From: Gemmatimonadales bacterium | GTDB lineage: Bacteria > Krumholzibacteriota > Krumholzibacteriia > LZORAL124-64-63 | Assembly (NCBI GenBank): GCA_019038745.1 | Contig: JAHOYV010000049.1 | Coordinates: 6,739-70,738, forward strand | Direction of reading: 5' to 3' | Length of the DNA stretch: 64,000 nt | Part shown: in pieces, positions 16,237 to 25,207 of the stretch | How the letters are laid out: the number at the start of each line of letters is the position of its first letter | How positions within the stretch are numbered: the first letter of the stretch is position 1 | Notes under the pieces: generated by a model | The model's input: the letters and a program-made list of their open reading frames with translations, nothing else | What the model was told of the DNA's origin: nothing | The model's database searches: none | Translations under genes and position numbers: made by a program

Positions 16237-18180
16237 ATGAAACGTACGCTTACTGGAGAATCCAAGCCCCGCGTTCTGCGGTTTCTGTTGATGATGGTAA
16301 TCCTGACACTTCTGGCCGGTTGCGGGAGTTATGGAGGGTATGGTGACCAGGACGTCAAAGTGAAGGCCGAGGCCCCGCCACCGCCACCGCCGGTGCAGAA
16401 GATCAAGGTGACATCCCTGGATGAACTTCCGATCCACACTTATCCCCTGCAGGGAACACTCACCGAGATGTTGAACGATCCGGCGGCGATGACCGTTCTG
16501 CAGGCGGCTTTCCGAAAGGATCTGGAATCTGATCTGGCCACCTATCAGATCGATGATTCCGCCACCTTACAGGGCAAGTACACCTCCTTGTTCTCTTTGG
16601 CCATGAGTGAAAAAAGATATGACGATGCTTTGTCCATGCTGGACGAGATCCTCGCCCTGGAGGACAAGGAAGCCAGTCGTTTGATGACGGGGTTGACTTC
16701 CCGCTCGATCATAACCGCCAAGGCTGCCGGTGAAGGGGACTTTTCGGCCGCATTCCGGGCCGAGCTCACCGCGGCGGTCAACGCCCTGCCCTGGGACGTG
16801 GTACAGGACCGGGTCAAGGGCGCCAAGGGCAGGGCCGAATTCCTGAGCGAGAACCTCATGTTGGGGATTGTGCAGTCCCAGATGGAACCGGCCGCCGCCG
16901 CTGCCGGGGAACTGAGTGCGGATCTTGCCAACGGTTTGATCGGCATTCGTTACGCCATGGACGAGGTTCTTCCCCTGAACCCGATCATCGCCGAGGTTTT
17001 TGGGGAATACATTGAAAAGAACGACAAGGAAAAAATGAACATCTGGCCTGGCCGGGAGTTGGTTCTGGATGAGACCGCAGGTCTGGATCCGGTCGTGATC
17101 GGTATCTGGGATTCGGGCGTGGATGTCGATGTTTTCGGCGACCAGATGTTTGTTAATCCCAACGAGAAATTCGACGGCGCCGACACCGACGGCAACGGTT
17201 TCGTCGACGACGTGCACGGCATCGCCTTCGATCTGGATGGGATAGCCAATCCCCACCTGCTGCATCCACTGGGTGACCAGGAGGGCAAGCTGGATTCCGT
17301 CTTCGAGTACATGCAGGGGTTCATCGACCTGACCTCGGCCATCGACAGCCCGGAGGCTTCCTCGGTGCGCAAGACGTTGTCCACCATGGAGCCCGGTGAT
17401 GTCGGTGATTTCATGACCACGCTCAGCTTCGGCGGCCTGTATATGCACGGAACGCACGTTGCCGGGATCTCCATGGAGGGCAATCCCTTCGCTCGTGCGC
17501 TGGTGGCTCGGATAACGTTCGATTATCACACTACTCCCAAGGCCATGACCATGGAGACGGCCCGGAGGTTGGCTGACGACTATGTGGCTACGTCGAAGTA
17601 TTTCCGCGACCACGACGTGCGGGTAGTGAATATGAGCTGGGGTTGGTCCTTCAAGGAGATCGAAGGCAGCCTGGAAGCCAACGGCGTGGGTGATTCGGCT
17701 GAGCAACGAGCCGAAATGGCCCGCGAGATGATCGATGTTTTGAGCGACGGTCTCAAGAAGTCCATGACCGACTCACCGGGTATCCTGTTCGTCAGCGCGG
17801 CCGGCAACGACGACAACGACGTTGAATTCGACGTCGTTATTCCCTCGAACTTCGACTTGCCCAACCTGATGGTCGTCGGTGCGGTGGACCAGGCGGGCGA
17901 GCCCACCGGCTTCACCAGCGGCGGCCGCAACGTGCGTGCCTACGCCAACGGTTTCCAGGTCGACAGTGAAGTGCCCGGTGGCAAGACGATGAAGATGTCG
18001 GGTACTTCGATGTCCTCGCCCAACGTTTGTAACCTCGCAGCCAAGCTCATTGCCTTGAAGCCTGCGTTACAGCCGGGCCAGGTGATTGAGCTGATCGAGA
18101 AGGGGGCCGACACCAATCCTGATCACCCGGAGATGTTGTTGATCCATCCCGCCAACTCAGCGGGTTTGCTGGAGAAGTAA
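16237..18180 (+). CDS. Subtilisin-like (S8) serine peptidase lipoprotein with an N-terminal ~270-aa extension
   Basis: Signal plus lipobox (LTLLAGCGS). The catalytic triad motifs are GIWDSGVD (Asp), HGTHVAGI (His) and GTSMSSPNV (Ser). Confidence 0.85.
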   Translation: MKRTLTGESKPRVLRFLLMMVILTLLAGCGSYGGYGDQDVKVKAEAPPPPPPVQKIKVTSLDELPIHTYPLQGTLTEMLNDPAAMTVLQAAFRKDLESDLATYQIDDSATLQGKYTSLFSLAMSEKRYDDALSMLDEILALEDKEASRLMTGLTSRSIITAKAAGEGDFSAAFRAELTAAVNALPWDVVQDRVKGAKGRAEFLSENLMLGIVQSQMEPAAAAAGELSADLANGLIGIRYAMDEVLPLNPIIAEVFGEYIEKNDKEKMNIWPGRELVLDETAGLDPVVIGIWDSGVDVDVFGDQMFVNPNEKFDGADTDGNGFVDDVHGIAFDLDGIANPHLLHPLGDQEGKLDSVFEYMQGFIDLTSAIDSPEASSVRKTLSTMEPGDVGDFMTTLSFGGLYMHGTHVAGISMEGNPFARALVARITFDYHTTPKAMTMETARRLADDYVATSKYFRDHDVRVVNMSWGWSFKEIEGSLEANGVGDSAEQRAEMAREMIDVLSDGLKKSMTDSPGILFVSAAGNDDNDVEFDVVIPSNFDLPNLMVVGAVDQAGEPTGFTSGGRNVRAYANGFQVDSEVPGGKTMKMSGTSMSSPNVCNLAAKLIALKPALQPGQVIELIEKGADTNPDHPEMLLIHPANSAGLLEK

Positions 18181-18300
18181 CGCTTTTTAACGGGCTTACT
18201 GTTTTCATTTTACCCCTCCTGGAGCAATCCGGGAGGGGTGGCCATAAGGGAAATCGCCGTCATTCCCGATGTTTCCGTCACCCAATTGATCTTCGCAGCA

Positions 18301-18345
18301 TTTCCTCAATATTTTCCTCAATATTTCCCGCAATATTTTCCGAAA
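18301..18345. repeat. 12-bp tandem repeat TTTCCTCAATAT x ~3.7 (units 3-4 diverged)
   Basis: Direct reading: tttcctcaatat tttcctcaatat ttcccgcaatat tttccgaaa. Intergenic, ~200 nt upstream of the acidic secreted protein gene. Confidence 0.85.
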
Positions 18346-18540
18346 ACCACCCTTGCCCTTCGCAGGAATTTGCGAGATGTACATCCGGGTACACATCTCC
18401 CAGTGTTTCACTATAAAATAACATATTCAAAACAAACAAGTTGTGAATAAAGTTCCAGAAATACCCGTTGATGGTCTGCTATGTGCGTTACGAAGGTTTG
18501 TTGACAACCACAAAACCAAAGTGAATTGAAGGAGTACCCA

Positions 18541-19026
18541 ATGAACCGCCCAACGATGATCATGCTGACTGTTCTGCTTACCGGCCTGTTGGCCGTTACT
18601 GCCAACGCCCAGGAATTCGGTCCCGGCCAAGGCGAAGGCCAAGGCGAATATCAGTTCGTAGACGAGGATGGAGACGGTTTCAACGACCTGGCCCCCGACT
18701 TCGATGGCGACGGCATCCCCAACGGCCAGGACGATGACTACGTCAAAGCCGAGGATGGGACCGGCTACATGCACCAGAACAAGGTCCACTTCGGTGACTT
18801 GGACGAAGAGGACCGGGGCGGATTCCACGGTGGCAAAGACGGCGAAATGAGCGGTAACCGCTACGGCCCAGGTGATGGGACGGGCACGGGTGTTGGTCCC
18901 GAAGACGGTACGGGTTTTGGGTCCGGCTCCGGCGATGGCTCCGGCGATGGTACCTGTGACGGCACCGGTGAAGGCGACGGCGACGGCGACGGCGATCGTA
19001 TCCAACAGCGTGGCAATCGCGGCTAG
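18541..19026 (+). CDS. Small secreted acidic Asp/Gly-rich protein with DxDGDG calcium-binding-like loops
   Basis: AAGGAG at 18530-18535 then ATG 18541 (MNRPTMIMLTVLLTGLLAVTANA signal). The loops are DEDGDGFNDLAPDFDGDGIPNGQDDD (TSP3/dockerin/EF-hand-like), and the tail is GDGSGDGTCDGTGEGDGDGDGD. The ORF track starts earlier, at 18526. Confidence 0.5.
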   Translation: MNRPTMIMLTVLLTGLLAVTANAQEFGPGQGEGQGEYQFVDEDGDGFNDLAPDFDGDGIPNGQDDDYVKAEDGTGYMHQNKVHFGDLDEEDRGGFHGGKDGEMSGNRYGPGDGTGTGVGPEDGTGFGSGSGDGSGDGTCDGTGEGDGDGDGDRIQQRGNRG

Positions 19027-19077
19027 AAGGACCTGATATCAGTATCCCAAAGGGTGGGCCTTACCGGTCCACCCTTT

Positions 19078-19998
19078 CTATTGTTGCCGTTCTCTACCGT
19101 CGTTCCGTCCGGCTCGGTGTGCTTGCATCGCGGCCCCAATAATCAGCAAACCGCCCAACCAACTGTACAAATCAGGCCTCTCGCCCCAAAGGACGAATCC
19201 CACGACCAGGGCGAACAATACGTGCAGGTAAGTGAAGAGCGATATGCGCGAAACGCGGGCGTGGTGATACGCGAAGGTCAGGCCGAACTGGCCGCCGGCC
19301 GCGAAAACACCGGTACCGGCCAGGGTCCACCACTGACCCACTGTCGGTTGTGGGGGCGAGGCGATCAGGAACGGCAGGGTGGCCAGGGATGAGACCAACG
19401 AGAAAGTGAAGATGATGCGGTTGGGGCTTTCCTTTCCCTTGAGGGAACGGACGACCGTGTAGGCCATTCCCGCAAAAAGGCCCGAGCCAAGCCCTGCCAT
19501 CGCGGGCAGGGCGGAATAATCGAATTGGGGTTTGATGACGAGCATCGCCCCGATGAAGGCCGCTGCCAGGGCGGGAATCAGGGCCCGATGGAAGCGTTCG
19601 CCAAGCAAAAGGACAGCCAGCCCCGATGCGAAAAAGGGAGAGGTCTTATTCAAAAGCGAAGCGTCGGCCAGGTTCATCCTGCCCAGGGCGAAGAAATAAA
19701 GGGTCACTCCGCACAACCCGAAGACCGAGCGGAAAATCAAACGCCAGGCATTGGGAGTACTCGCCAGGACGTTCTCTCCGGTCCGAATCGCAACGAGAGT
19801 GGTGAGGCCCAGGGTGACCAGATTGCGGAAGAAGACCTTGGTCGGCAAGGCCACATCACCGGATAGCTTGACCATCGCTCCCATTAGGGCGAAGCTGAAG
19901 CCGGAGAGTATCATCCAGGCCATGGCTTTGGGCATATTGTCGACCGAGTCGCGCCCGCTGGAAGTGTTGGCCAGGACTGAGTTTCCTTTTTGTTCCAT
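19078..19998 (-). CDS. EamA/DMT-family (RarD-like) 10-TM transporter
   Basis: 306 aa, two repeated 5-TM EamA-like halves, hydrophobic throughout. Confidence 0.75.
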   Translation of the reverse strand: MEQKGNSVLANTSSGRDSVDNMPKAMAWMILSGFSFALMGAMVKLSGDVALPTKVFFRNLVTLGLTTLVAIRTGENVLASTPNAWRLIFRSVFGLCGVTLYFFALGRMNLADASLLNKTSPFFASGLAVLLLGERFHRALIPALAAAFIGAMLVIKPQFDYSALPAMAGLGSGLFAGMAYTVVRSLKGKESPNRIIFTFSLVSSLATLPFLIASPPQPTVGQWWTLAGTGVFAAGGQFGLTFAYHHARVSRISLFTYLHVLFALVVGFVLWGERPDLYSWLGGLLIIGAAMQAHRAGRNDGRERQQ

Positions 19999-20149
19999 GT
20001 TCCGGTAAGCTGTTCTCTTTAAGGGTTCTCATAAACCAGGTTGGAAGTTGCCAAGAGGCTGTTGCCCCTTGGTGGCCAACAAAAAATAGTATCCGCCAGG
20101 TCACTTGGTAAAGGATGATCCGCGGGGATGACCCGCTGGGACGGTCCGC

Positions 20150-21571
20150 ATGAATGATGTCCGGCAACCGGAACTCGCCCACCTGACCGACCATTTCTTA
20201 GCGGTCCTTCAGCGCGTGTGCCGGTCCATAGCCAAGGCCGGCGGTCGGGCCTGGTTGGTCGGCGGCACAGTTCGAGATTGTTCCCTGGGTTTGCCGACCC
20301 GTGATTTTGATCTGGAAGTTTTCGGTCTGCGGGCCATCGACCTGCGTGAGGCATTGGAAAAGGAATATGCCCTTGACCTGGTGGGTGCAAATTTCGGGAT
20401 CCTCAAGCTGAAGGGTTTCCCCATCGACATCGGTTTGCCCCGGCGCGAGACCAAGACCGGCCGTGGTCACCAGGGTTTCCTGATCGATTCGGACCCGGAA
20501 CTTCCCCTGCCCGAGGCCGCCGCCCGTCGGGATTTCACAATAAATTCCATGTATCTGGATCCGCTCAACGGGGAACTGGCCGACCCTTGGGGGGGGCTGG
20601 ATGATTTGCGTCGGGGAATCCTTCGGCACACTTCGTCCGCTTTCGGTGAGGATCCACTGCGTGTTCTGCGGGGCATGCAGTTGGTTGCCCGCTTCAACCT
20701 GCAGGCTGCCCCGGATACTTTGGCCCTGTGCCGGGCCATCGGGTTGGAGGGTATGGCGGCCGAGCGCATCTTTGCCGAGTGGAGCAAGCTTCTGACGCTG
20801 GGTACATTGCCCTCAAGAGGTTTGACCTTTCTGAAGGATGCGGATTGGCTGAAGCACTTTCCTGAACTGGCTGCTTTGCCGGGAGTTCCCCAAAACCCGC
20901 GCTGGCATCCCGAAGGCGATGTCTGGGTACACACTCTTCACAGCTTGGATGTCTTTGCTGCCGAGAAGATAGGCGAAGACATGACTGAAGAAATGGTTGA
21001 AAACAGGCACGAGGATCTGGTGGTTGGGTTCGCGGTTCTATGCCACGACCTGGGCAAGCCGGATACGACGGAGACATCAGCCGATGGAACCATCCGTTCC
21101 CTGGGCCATGAGCAACACGGCGTTGACTTGACCCGGGCATTCCTGGAACGAATGGCCGTTGGGCCCCGTCTGATCGAGGAGATTACACCCCTGGTTGCCG
21201 AGCACATGCGGCCGGCAACCCTATTCGATGCCGATGCTTCCGATGCCGCGGTCCGTCGCCTGGCCGTGCGGGTGGGTCGTATCGACCGCTTGCTTCGGGT
21301 GGCTCGGGCCGACGCCCTGGGTCGTCCACCGTTGTCGGATGACGGTTTCCCAGCAGGAGAATGGTTGGCTGAGAAAGCCCGAATTTTGAAAGTGGAAACA
21401 GCCCCTCCGGTGCCGTTGATCCAGGGTCGGCACCTGATGGTTTTGGGTCAGGAGCCCGGCAGGCATTTCAAGGAGATCCTGAACCGGTTGTATGAAGCCC
21501 AACTGGCCGGGAAATTCATGACTGAGGAAGAGGGGATTGAGCGGGCGAGGGTTCTGCTGCGTAAGAAGTAG
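20150..21571 (+). CDS. cca: CCA-adding tRNA nucleotidyltransferase (Pol-beta head + HD domain)
   Basis: WLVGGTVRDCSLGLPTRDFDLEV...GLPRRETKTGRGHQGF...RDFTINSMYLD, then HD motifs (LCHDLGK). Confidence 0.85.
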   Translation: MNDVRQPELAHLTDHFLAVLQRVCRSIAKAGGRAWLVGGTVRDCSLGLPTRDFDLEVFGLRAIDLREALEKEYALDLVGANFGILKLKGFPIDIGLPRRETKTGRGHQGFLIDSDPELPLPEAAARRDFTINSMYLDPLNGELADPWGGLDDLRRGILRHTSSAFGEDPLRVLRGMQLVARFNLQAAPDTLALCRAIGLEGMAAERIFAEWSKLLTLGTLPSRGLTFLKDADWLKHFPELAALPGVPQNPRWHPEGDVWVHTLHSLDVFAAEKIGEDMTEEMVENRHEDLVVGFAVLCHDLGKPDTTETSADGTIRSLGHEQHGVDLTRAFLERMAVGPRLIEEITPLVAEHMRPATLFDADASDAAVRRLAVRVGRIDRLLRVARADALGRPPLSDDGFPAGEWLAEKARILKVETAPPVPLIQGRHLMVLGQEPGRHFKEILNRLYEAQLAGKFMTEEEGIERARVLLRKK

Positions 21572-21584
21572 AGCCGGTTGCTGT

Positions 21585-22223
21585 TTATCCTCGAGCTAGG
21601 AATGAAACCGCCTGAATACCGAATCGCTCGATGTGGTCGGTCCACTTTGCTTGCGCCTCGACCAGTTGTTTCACTCTCAGCATTTCGTAAATTTCAGCAA
21701 AAGATTGCAGGATGGGTTCGGATTCCAGTCCGGCTTCTACCGCGATTCGCCAATAGCGTCGTGCCAAGCCCTCCAGGCGCAGCACATCGGAGCGCAGAAG
21801 GGGGTTGGGGCAATCCTCGACCAACAACCAGGTGAAGCGGAATACTACATCGCCAAGGGGAAGTGCCTGGCCACCAGGCAAACGAGCCCGGCTAAAAAGA
21901 TTGCCCAGTTCCATCAAGCGCCCGGGAGGAGGAGGGGGCGTGACCGAAAGGGCAAAGGGTGCCATCCTGGCCAAAATAGCCTGAAGGTGGGAAAACTCCT
22001 CCGCCTCCAGTGGCGGCACCAGGAAACCCCGTCCCATATCGCTCTGGAGGAATCCAGCCGAGGCAAGGGTCAGCATGGCTTCGCGCAGGGGGGTGCGGCT
22101 GATGCCGAGGTCGCTCGCCAGGTGGGTTTCATTGATGTGTTGGCCAGGGCTCATACGGCCATCGGCGATCCTGGCGACAATCTCCTTCTGGATTTCGTCG
22201 CGCAGGGGTTTGCGTTGGATCAT
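21585..22223 (-). CDS. GntR-family (FadR/FCD subfamily) transcriptional regulator
   Basis: N-terminal GntR wHTH (GQHINETHLASDLGISRTPLREAMLTLASAGFL), then a helical FCD-like C-terminal domain. Confidence 0.8.
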   Translation of the reverse strand: MIQRKPLRDEIQKEIVARIADGRMSPGQHINETHLASDLGISRTPLREAMLTLASAGFLQSDMGRGFLVPPLEAEEFSHLQAILARMAPFALSVTPPPPPGRLMELGNLFSRARLPGGQALPLGDVVFRFTWLLVEDCPNPLLRSDVLRLEGLARRYWRIAVEAGLESEPILQSFAEIYEMLRVKQLVEAQAKWTDHIERFGIQAVSFLARG

Positions 22224-22249
22224 GATCTGCTTTCCACTTTTGTTCTATT

Positions 22250-22558
22250 CTAGACCGTGACCACCGAGTTTTCGGCTCCCTCAATTCCGCTGGGAACATA
22301 GCGGTCGGCGGCCCAGTCGTTTTCCCATTCCTGCCCCTCTATCAGGTAGCGGAACGAGTAGTCCCGACCGATCTGGAGGTTCAACGTGACCTTGAATTCC
22401 CCGCTTTTCAAGCGAGTCATGGGGGTGGCTTGGGGATTCCAGTCGTTGAAGTCGCCGACCAGGAAGACGGTTTTGGCCTCGGCGGTGGCTTCAGGGGGCA
22501 GTCGAAAAGTCACCTTGGTGACCGGTTTTGATTTCAGTACCTGTTTGGTCAAACTCAT
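22250..22558 (-). CDS. Stand-alone CBM48 (glycogen-binding, AMPK-beta/isoamylase N-domain-like) protein
   Basis: VTFRLPPEATAEAKTVFLVGDFNDWNPQATPMTRLKSGEFKVTLNLQIGRDYSFRYLIEGQEWENDW. The likely start is Met14 (MSLTKQ; ORF open to 22597). Confidence 0.65.
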   Translation of the reverse strand: MSLTKQVLKSKPVTKVTFRLPPEATAEAKTVFLVGDFNDWNPQATPMTRLKSGEFKVTLNLQIGRDYSFRYLIEGQEWENDWAADRYVPSGIEGAENSVVTV

Positions 22559-22883
22559 TATTGGCTCCTGTGTTTGTGGCAGGCGATGTGCCAACACTAG
22601 CAGCGGCGTTTAATTAGGGCGTCGGGAGCGGGAAAAATATAAAGAAATCTCCTTTTCGCAACCCAACGTGGAGGATGTCAACGAAGTTGACCAAATCAGC
22701 GGGGAAATTTCAAGGGATAACAAAACAATCGATGGAGTGTGGAGTCGTTCCGGTCCGCCTCCTGCAAGTATCTCCTTGTCAATCCGTCGTGAGGCAGCAA
22801 AAGGAAGCTTGGGGAAAGAGAGGAGCGGGCAAAAAGGAATTCCGCAAGACTGAAGCGGTAAATTGCCCGGATCGGTGAATATC

Positions 22884-23450
22884 ATGAATGAACTTCGCAA
22901 ACTGCTGGGGGGAAACAACCGTTCTATTTGCAGGGGGTTGTCCACAGAAGCCTCCACACGGCTGGCCTATCATCATCTGATGAGCGGAGATCTGGCCGGA
23001 GCCGAGGAACGTTTTCAAAACATTTTGAAGGATAATCCCCATGATCCTGAAGCTTTGGCGGGGATGGCCATCTTCGTGGCCGAGAGTTCAGGGCGGTTCG
23101 TGTCTGCTACAAAACTGGCTTCCGAGGCCGTGCGTCTGGCCCCAAAATCAGCGGCCGGATACTATGCCTTGGGCGTGATCCACCTGATGGGTTCCAAACT
23201 GGAACAGGGTTATCGGTACCTGATGAAAGCCAAGCACCTGGCGCCCAAAGACCCCAGGGTGGAAAATGGAATTGCTCTTTTCAATGAGGGTCGGCCACCG
23301 GTGATTTCAGACCTCTCGCGCAGTCATCCGTTGAATCGTGCGGCGGGCAGGGTTCGAAACGTGGTGGAATATCCGTTCCGGATGGCTCAGCGCTTCTCGC
23401 TCAGCTTGAATCTCCACTCGGTCAAGGCACGTGCCGCCTCTTCCCGGTAA
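22884..23450 (+). CDS. TPR-repeat protein
   Basis: TPR-like helices (AEERFQNILKDNPHDPEALAGMAIFVAE...AAGYYALGVIHLMGSKLEQGYRYLMKAKHLAPKDPRV). The ORF is open from TTG 22863. The last 64 nt overlap the convergent HDAC gene. Confidence 0.45.
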   Translation: MNELRKLLGGNNRSICRGLSTEASTRLAYHHLMSGDLAGAEERFQNILKDNPHDPEALAGMAIFVAESSGRFVSATKLASEAVRLAPKSAAGYYALGVIHLMGSKLEQGYRYLMKAKHLAPKDPRVENGIALFNEGRPPVISDLSRSHPLNRAAGRVRNVVEYPFRMAQRFSLSLNLHSVKARAASSR

Positions 23451-25189
23451 ATTGGAGAGTCGAAATGGGCTTTGCATCTTTTACTGACGGGGATTACTAG
23501 ACGAGCCGGCTTCCAGCGCACCGGGTGCTCTGACGGGAACTCCAACACTCGACCATTTTCGACCGCTTCAGCCGCCTCTTTGAGGGGCAAGCCCACCACT
23601 GATTGTTGAATTGCCTGGAAGTAGCCCTCCCGTTCCGGATCCCGATCCCGAGCCAGGGGGCGGGCCAGACTGGCCAGGTGGTAATGACTGGGGGTGGACA
23701 CCAAACCGTCCAAATCCAGGCGTTCGCAAAGCACCACCAGTACGGCGGCCGTGTTCCGCAAGAGGCCCAGGCCGGGATACTTCTGGCCGGGTAACAGGGG
23801 GCGGGACATCTCGAAGCGCGAACCAGCATCCTGGATCAACAACCACTCCACCGACAGATAGGCGCGTCCGGGTTCACTGGTGCGATCGATTCGCAGGCGG
23901 AGTTCCATTAGAGTCAGGGGCTCGTCGTCGGCTGTCAGGATGCGCAAGGTGTGTCCTGCTGGATCGGAAAGATCCATCGCCACCCGCAGTCCGTCGAAGC
24001 CCAGGCGGCGCAGCCGGTTCAGTAGCCCGTATTCTTCCAGGGCCATCTCGACCGCGTGCCGGGAAAAGATATCCAGGAAGAGTTGCGGACGTTTGGCTCC
24101 GGTCAGGCCCAGATCCTTCTCGCTGAGGCCCCAGTCCTGTTCACTCCTGCCGTCACCTTTTTCATCCTGCAAAAATTTGGGATTCTTCATCCATCGGGTC
24201 AGACGCCGGTAGTGATCCACCGGAAGTTCCAGTTCCAGGGGAATATCAAGGTCGGCGCTGCCGGTCAGCAGCCAGGAGAAAAAGGCGGCTCCGTGCCGCC
24301 AGGCCCGAGGTCCGTACCCGCCGGCCAACAGGATGACGCAGGGTGTTTCGGGGCCTAGCCGTTCCATGACGAATCGGTCCCGCGCGAGCATTCCATCCAG
24401 ACTGATTCGCCAGTCGCCAAGGTGGTCCGTGATACCGGGATCGCTGCCGGCCAGGTAGAAAACGAAACCCGGTTGTACTTCCTCCAGCACGGGGGGAAGG
24501 TGATTGCGCAAGGCGTCCAGGTAGGTCTTGTCGTCCACATCGGGGCCGAGGGCCAGGCTGGTGGAGGCAACTGCACGGGTGTTGCCCAGATCCTGGTTGT
24601 GGATCGAGAAGGTATGAACCGTGGGGTCGTCGGCGAAGAAGGCACGGGTTCCGTCCCCGTCGTGAAGATCCAGATCCACGACCAGGATCGGCGCGTCAAA
24701 ACCCCGCTTGCGCAGAGAGGCCACCGCAATGGCCACATCGTTGAAAACGCAAAAACCGGAGCCGGCCGCTGGAGAAGCGTGATGGAATCCGCCGCCCAGG
24801 TTGACCGATACGCCGCCCCGGCGCAGGGCGTTGCGTGTGGCGCGCAGAGTACCTCCACACATCAATCTCTGGAAGCATAGGAACTTGTCCTGGCCGGCCG
24901 GATCCAGGGAAAATCCCAGCACAGTTTCAAGGGCGCCGGGGTTTTCCAGCGAATGCAGGTACTCGTGATCGTGAACGGCCTTCAGGCGCCGCAACGAGAC
25001 GGGCCGGGGTCGCCGCAGCATACCCCGCCGCAGGAGATTTCGTTTCTCCAGGTAGGAGAGAATTCGGAATGGTCGGCGGGCATCGTATTGGGGGAAGGGG
25101 AGATCCAGCAAGTAACGCCTGTGTATGACGAAGCGCAGATCGCCGGACGTGTTCCGGGATCGGAATATGTTTTTTATACCTTTCCACAT
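23387..25189 (-). CDS. Histone deacetylase-family (arginase/deacetylase fold, AcuC/HDAC-like) enzyme fused to a ~270-aa C-terminal domain of unknown function
   Basis: HDHEYLHSLE...GGGFHHASPAAGSGFCVFNDVAIAVASL...ILVVDLDLHDGDGTRAFF...FSIH (HDAC zinc-site motifs). The C-terminal half has no recognisable family; details are in the finding at this locus. Confidence 0.7.
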   Translation of the reverse strand: MWKGIKNIFRSRNTSGDLRFVIHRRYLLDLPFPQYDARRPFRILSYLEKRNLLRRGMLRRPRPVSLRRLKAVHDHEYLHSLENPGALETVLGFSLDPAGQDKFLCFQRLMCGGTLRATRNALRRGGVSVNLGGGFHHASPAAGSGFCVFNDVAIAVASLRKRGFDAPILVVDLDLHDGDGTRAFFADDPTVHTFSIHNQDLGNTRAVASTSLALGPDVDDKTYLDALRNHLPPVLEEVQPGFVFYLAGSDPGITDHLGDWRISLDGMLARDRFVMERLGPETPCVILLAGGYGPRAWRHGAAFFSWLLTGSADLDIPLELELPVDHYRRLTRWMKNPKFLQDEKGDGRSEQDWGLSEKDLGLTGAKRPQLFLDIFSRHAVEMALEEYGLLNRLRRLGFDGLRVAMDLSDPAGHTLRILTADDEPLTLMELRLRIDRTSEPGRAYLSVEWLLIQDAGSRFEMSRPLLPGQKYPGLGLLRNTAAVLVVLCERLDLDGLVSTPSHYHLASLARPLARDRDPEREGYFQAIQQSVVGLPLKEAAEAVENGRVLEFPSEHPVRWKPARLVIPVSKRCKAHFDSPIYREEAARALTEWRFKLSEKR

Positions 25190-25207
25190 GTTCCGATTCT
25201 ACATCTA

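Noticed and set aside
18205-18450. Small ORFs with FPQYFPQYFPQY and ILREILRKILRK peptide repeats
   Set aside because: They are translations, in two frames and strands, of the 12-bp DNA tandem repeat at 18301-18345. There is no RBS, and the context is intergenic.
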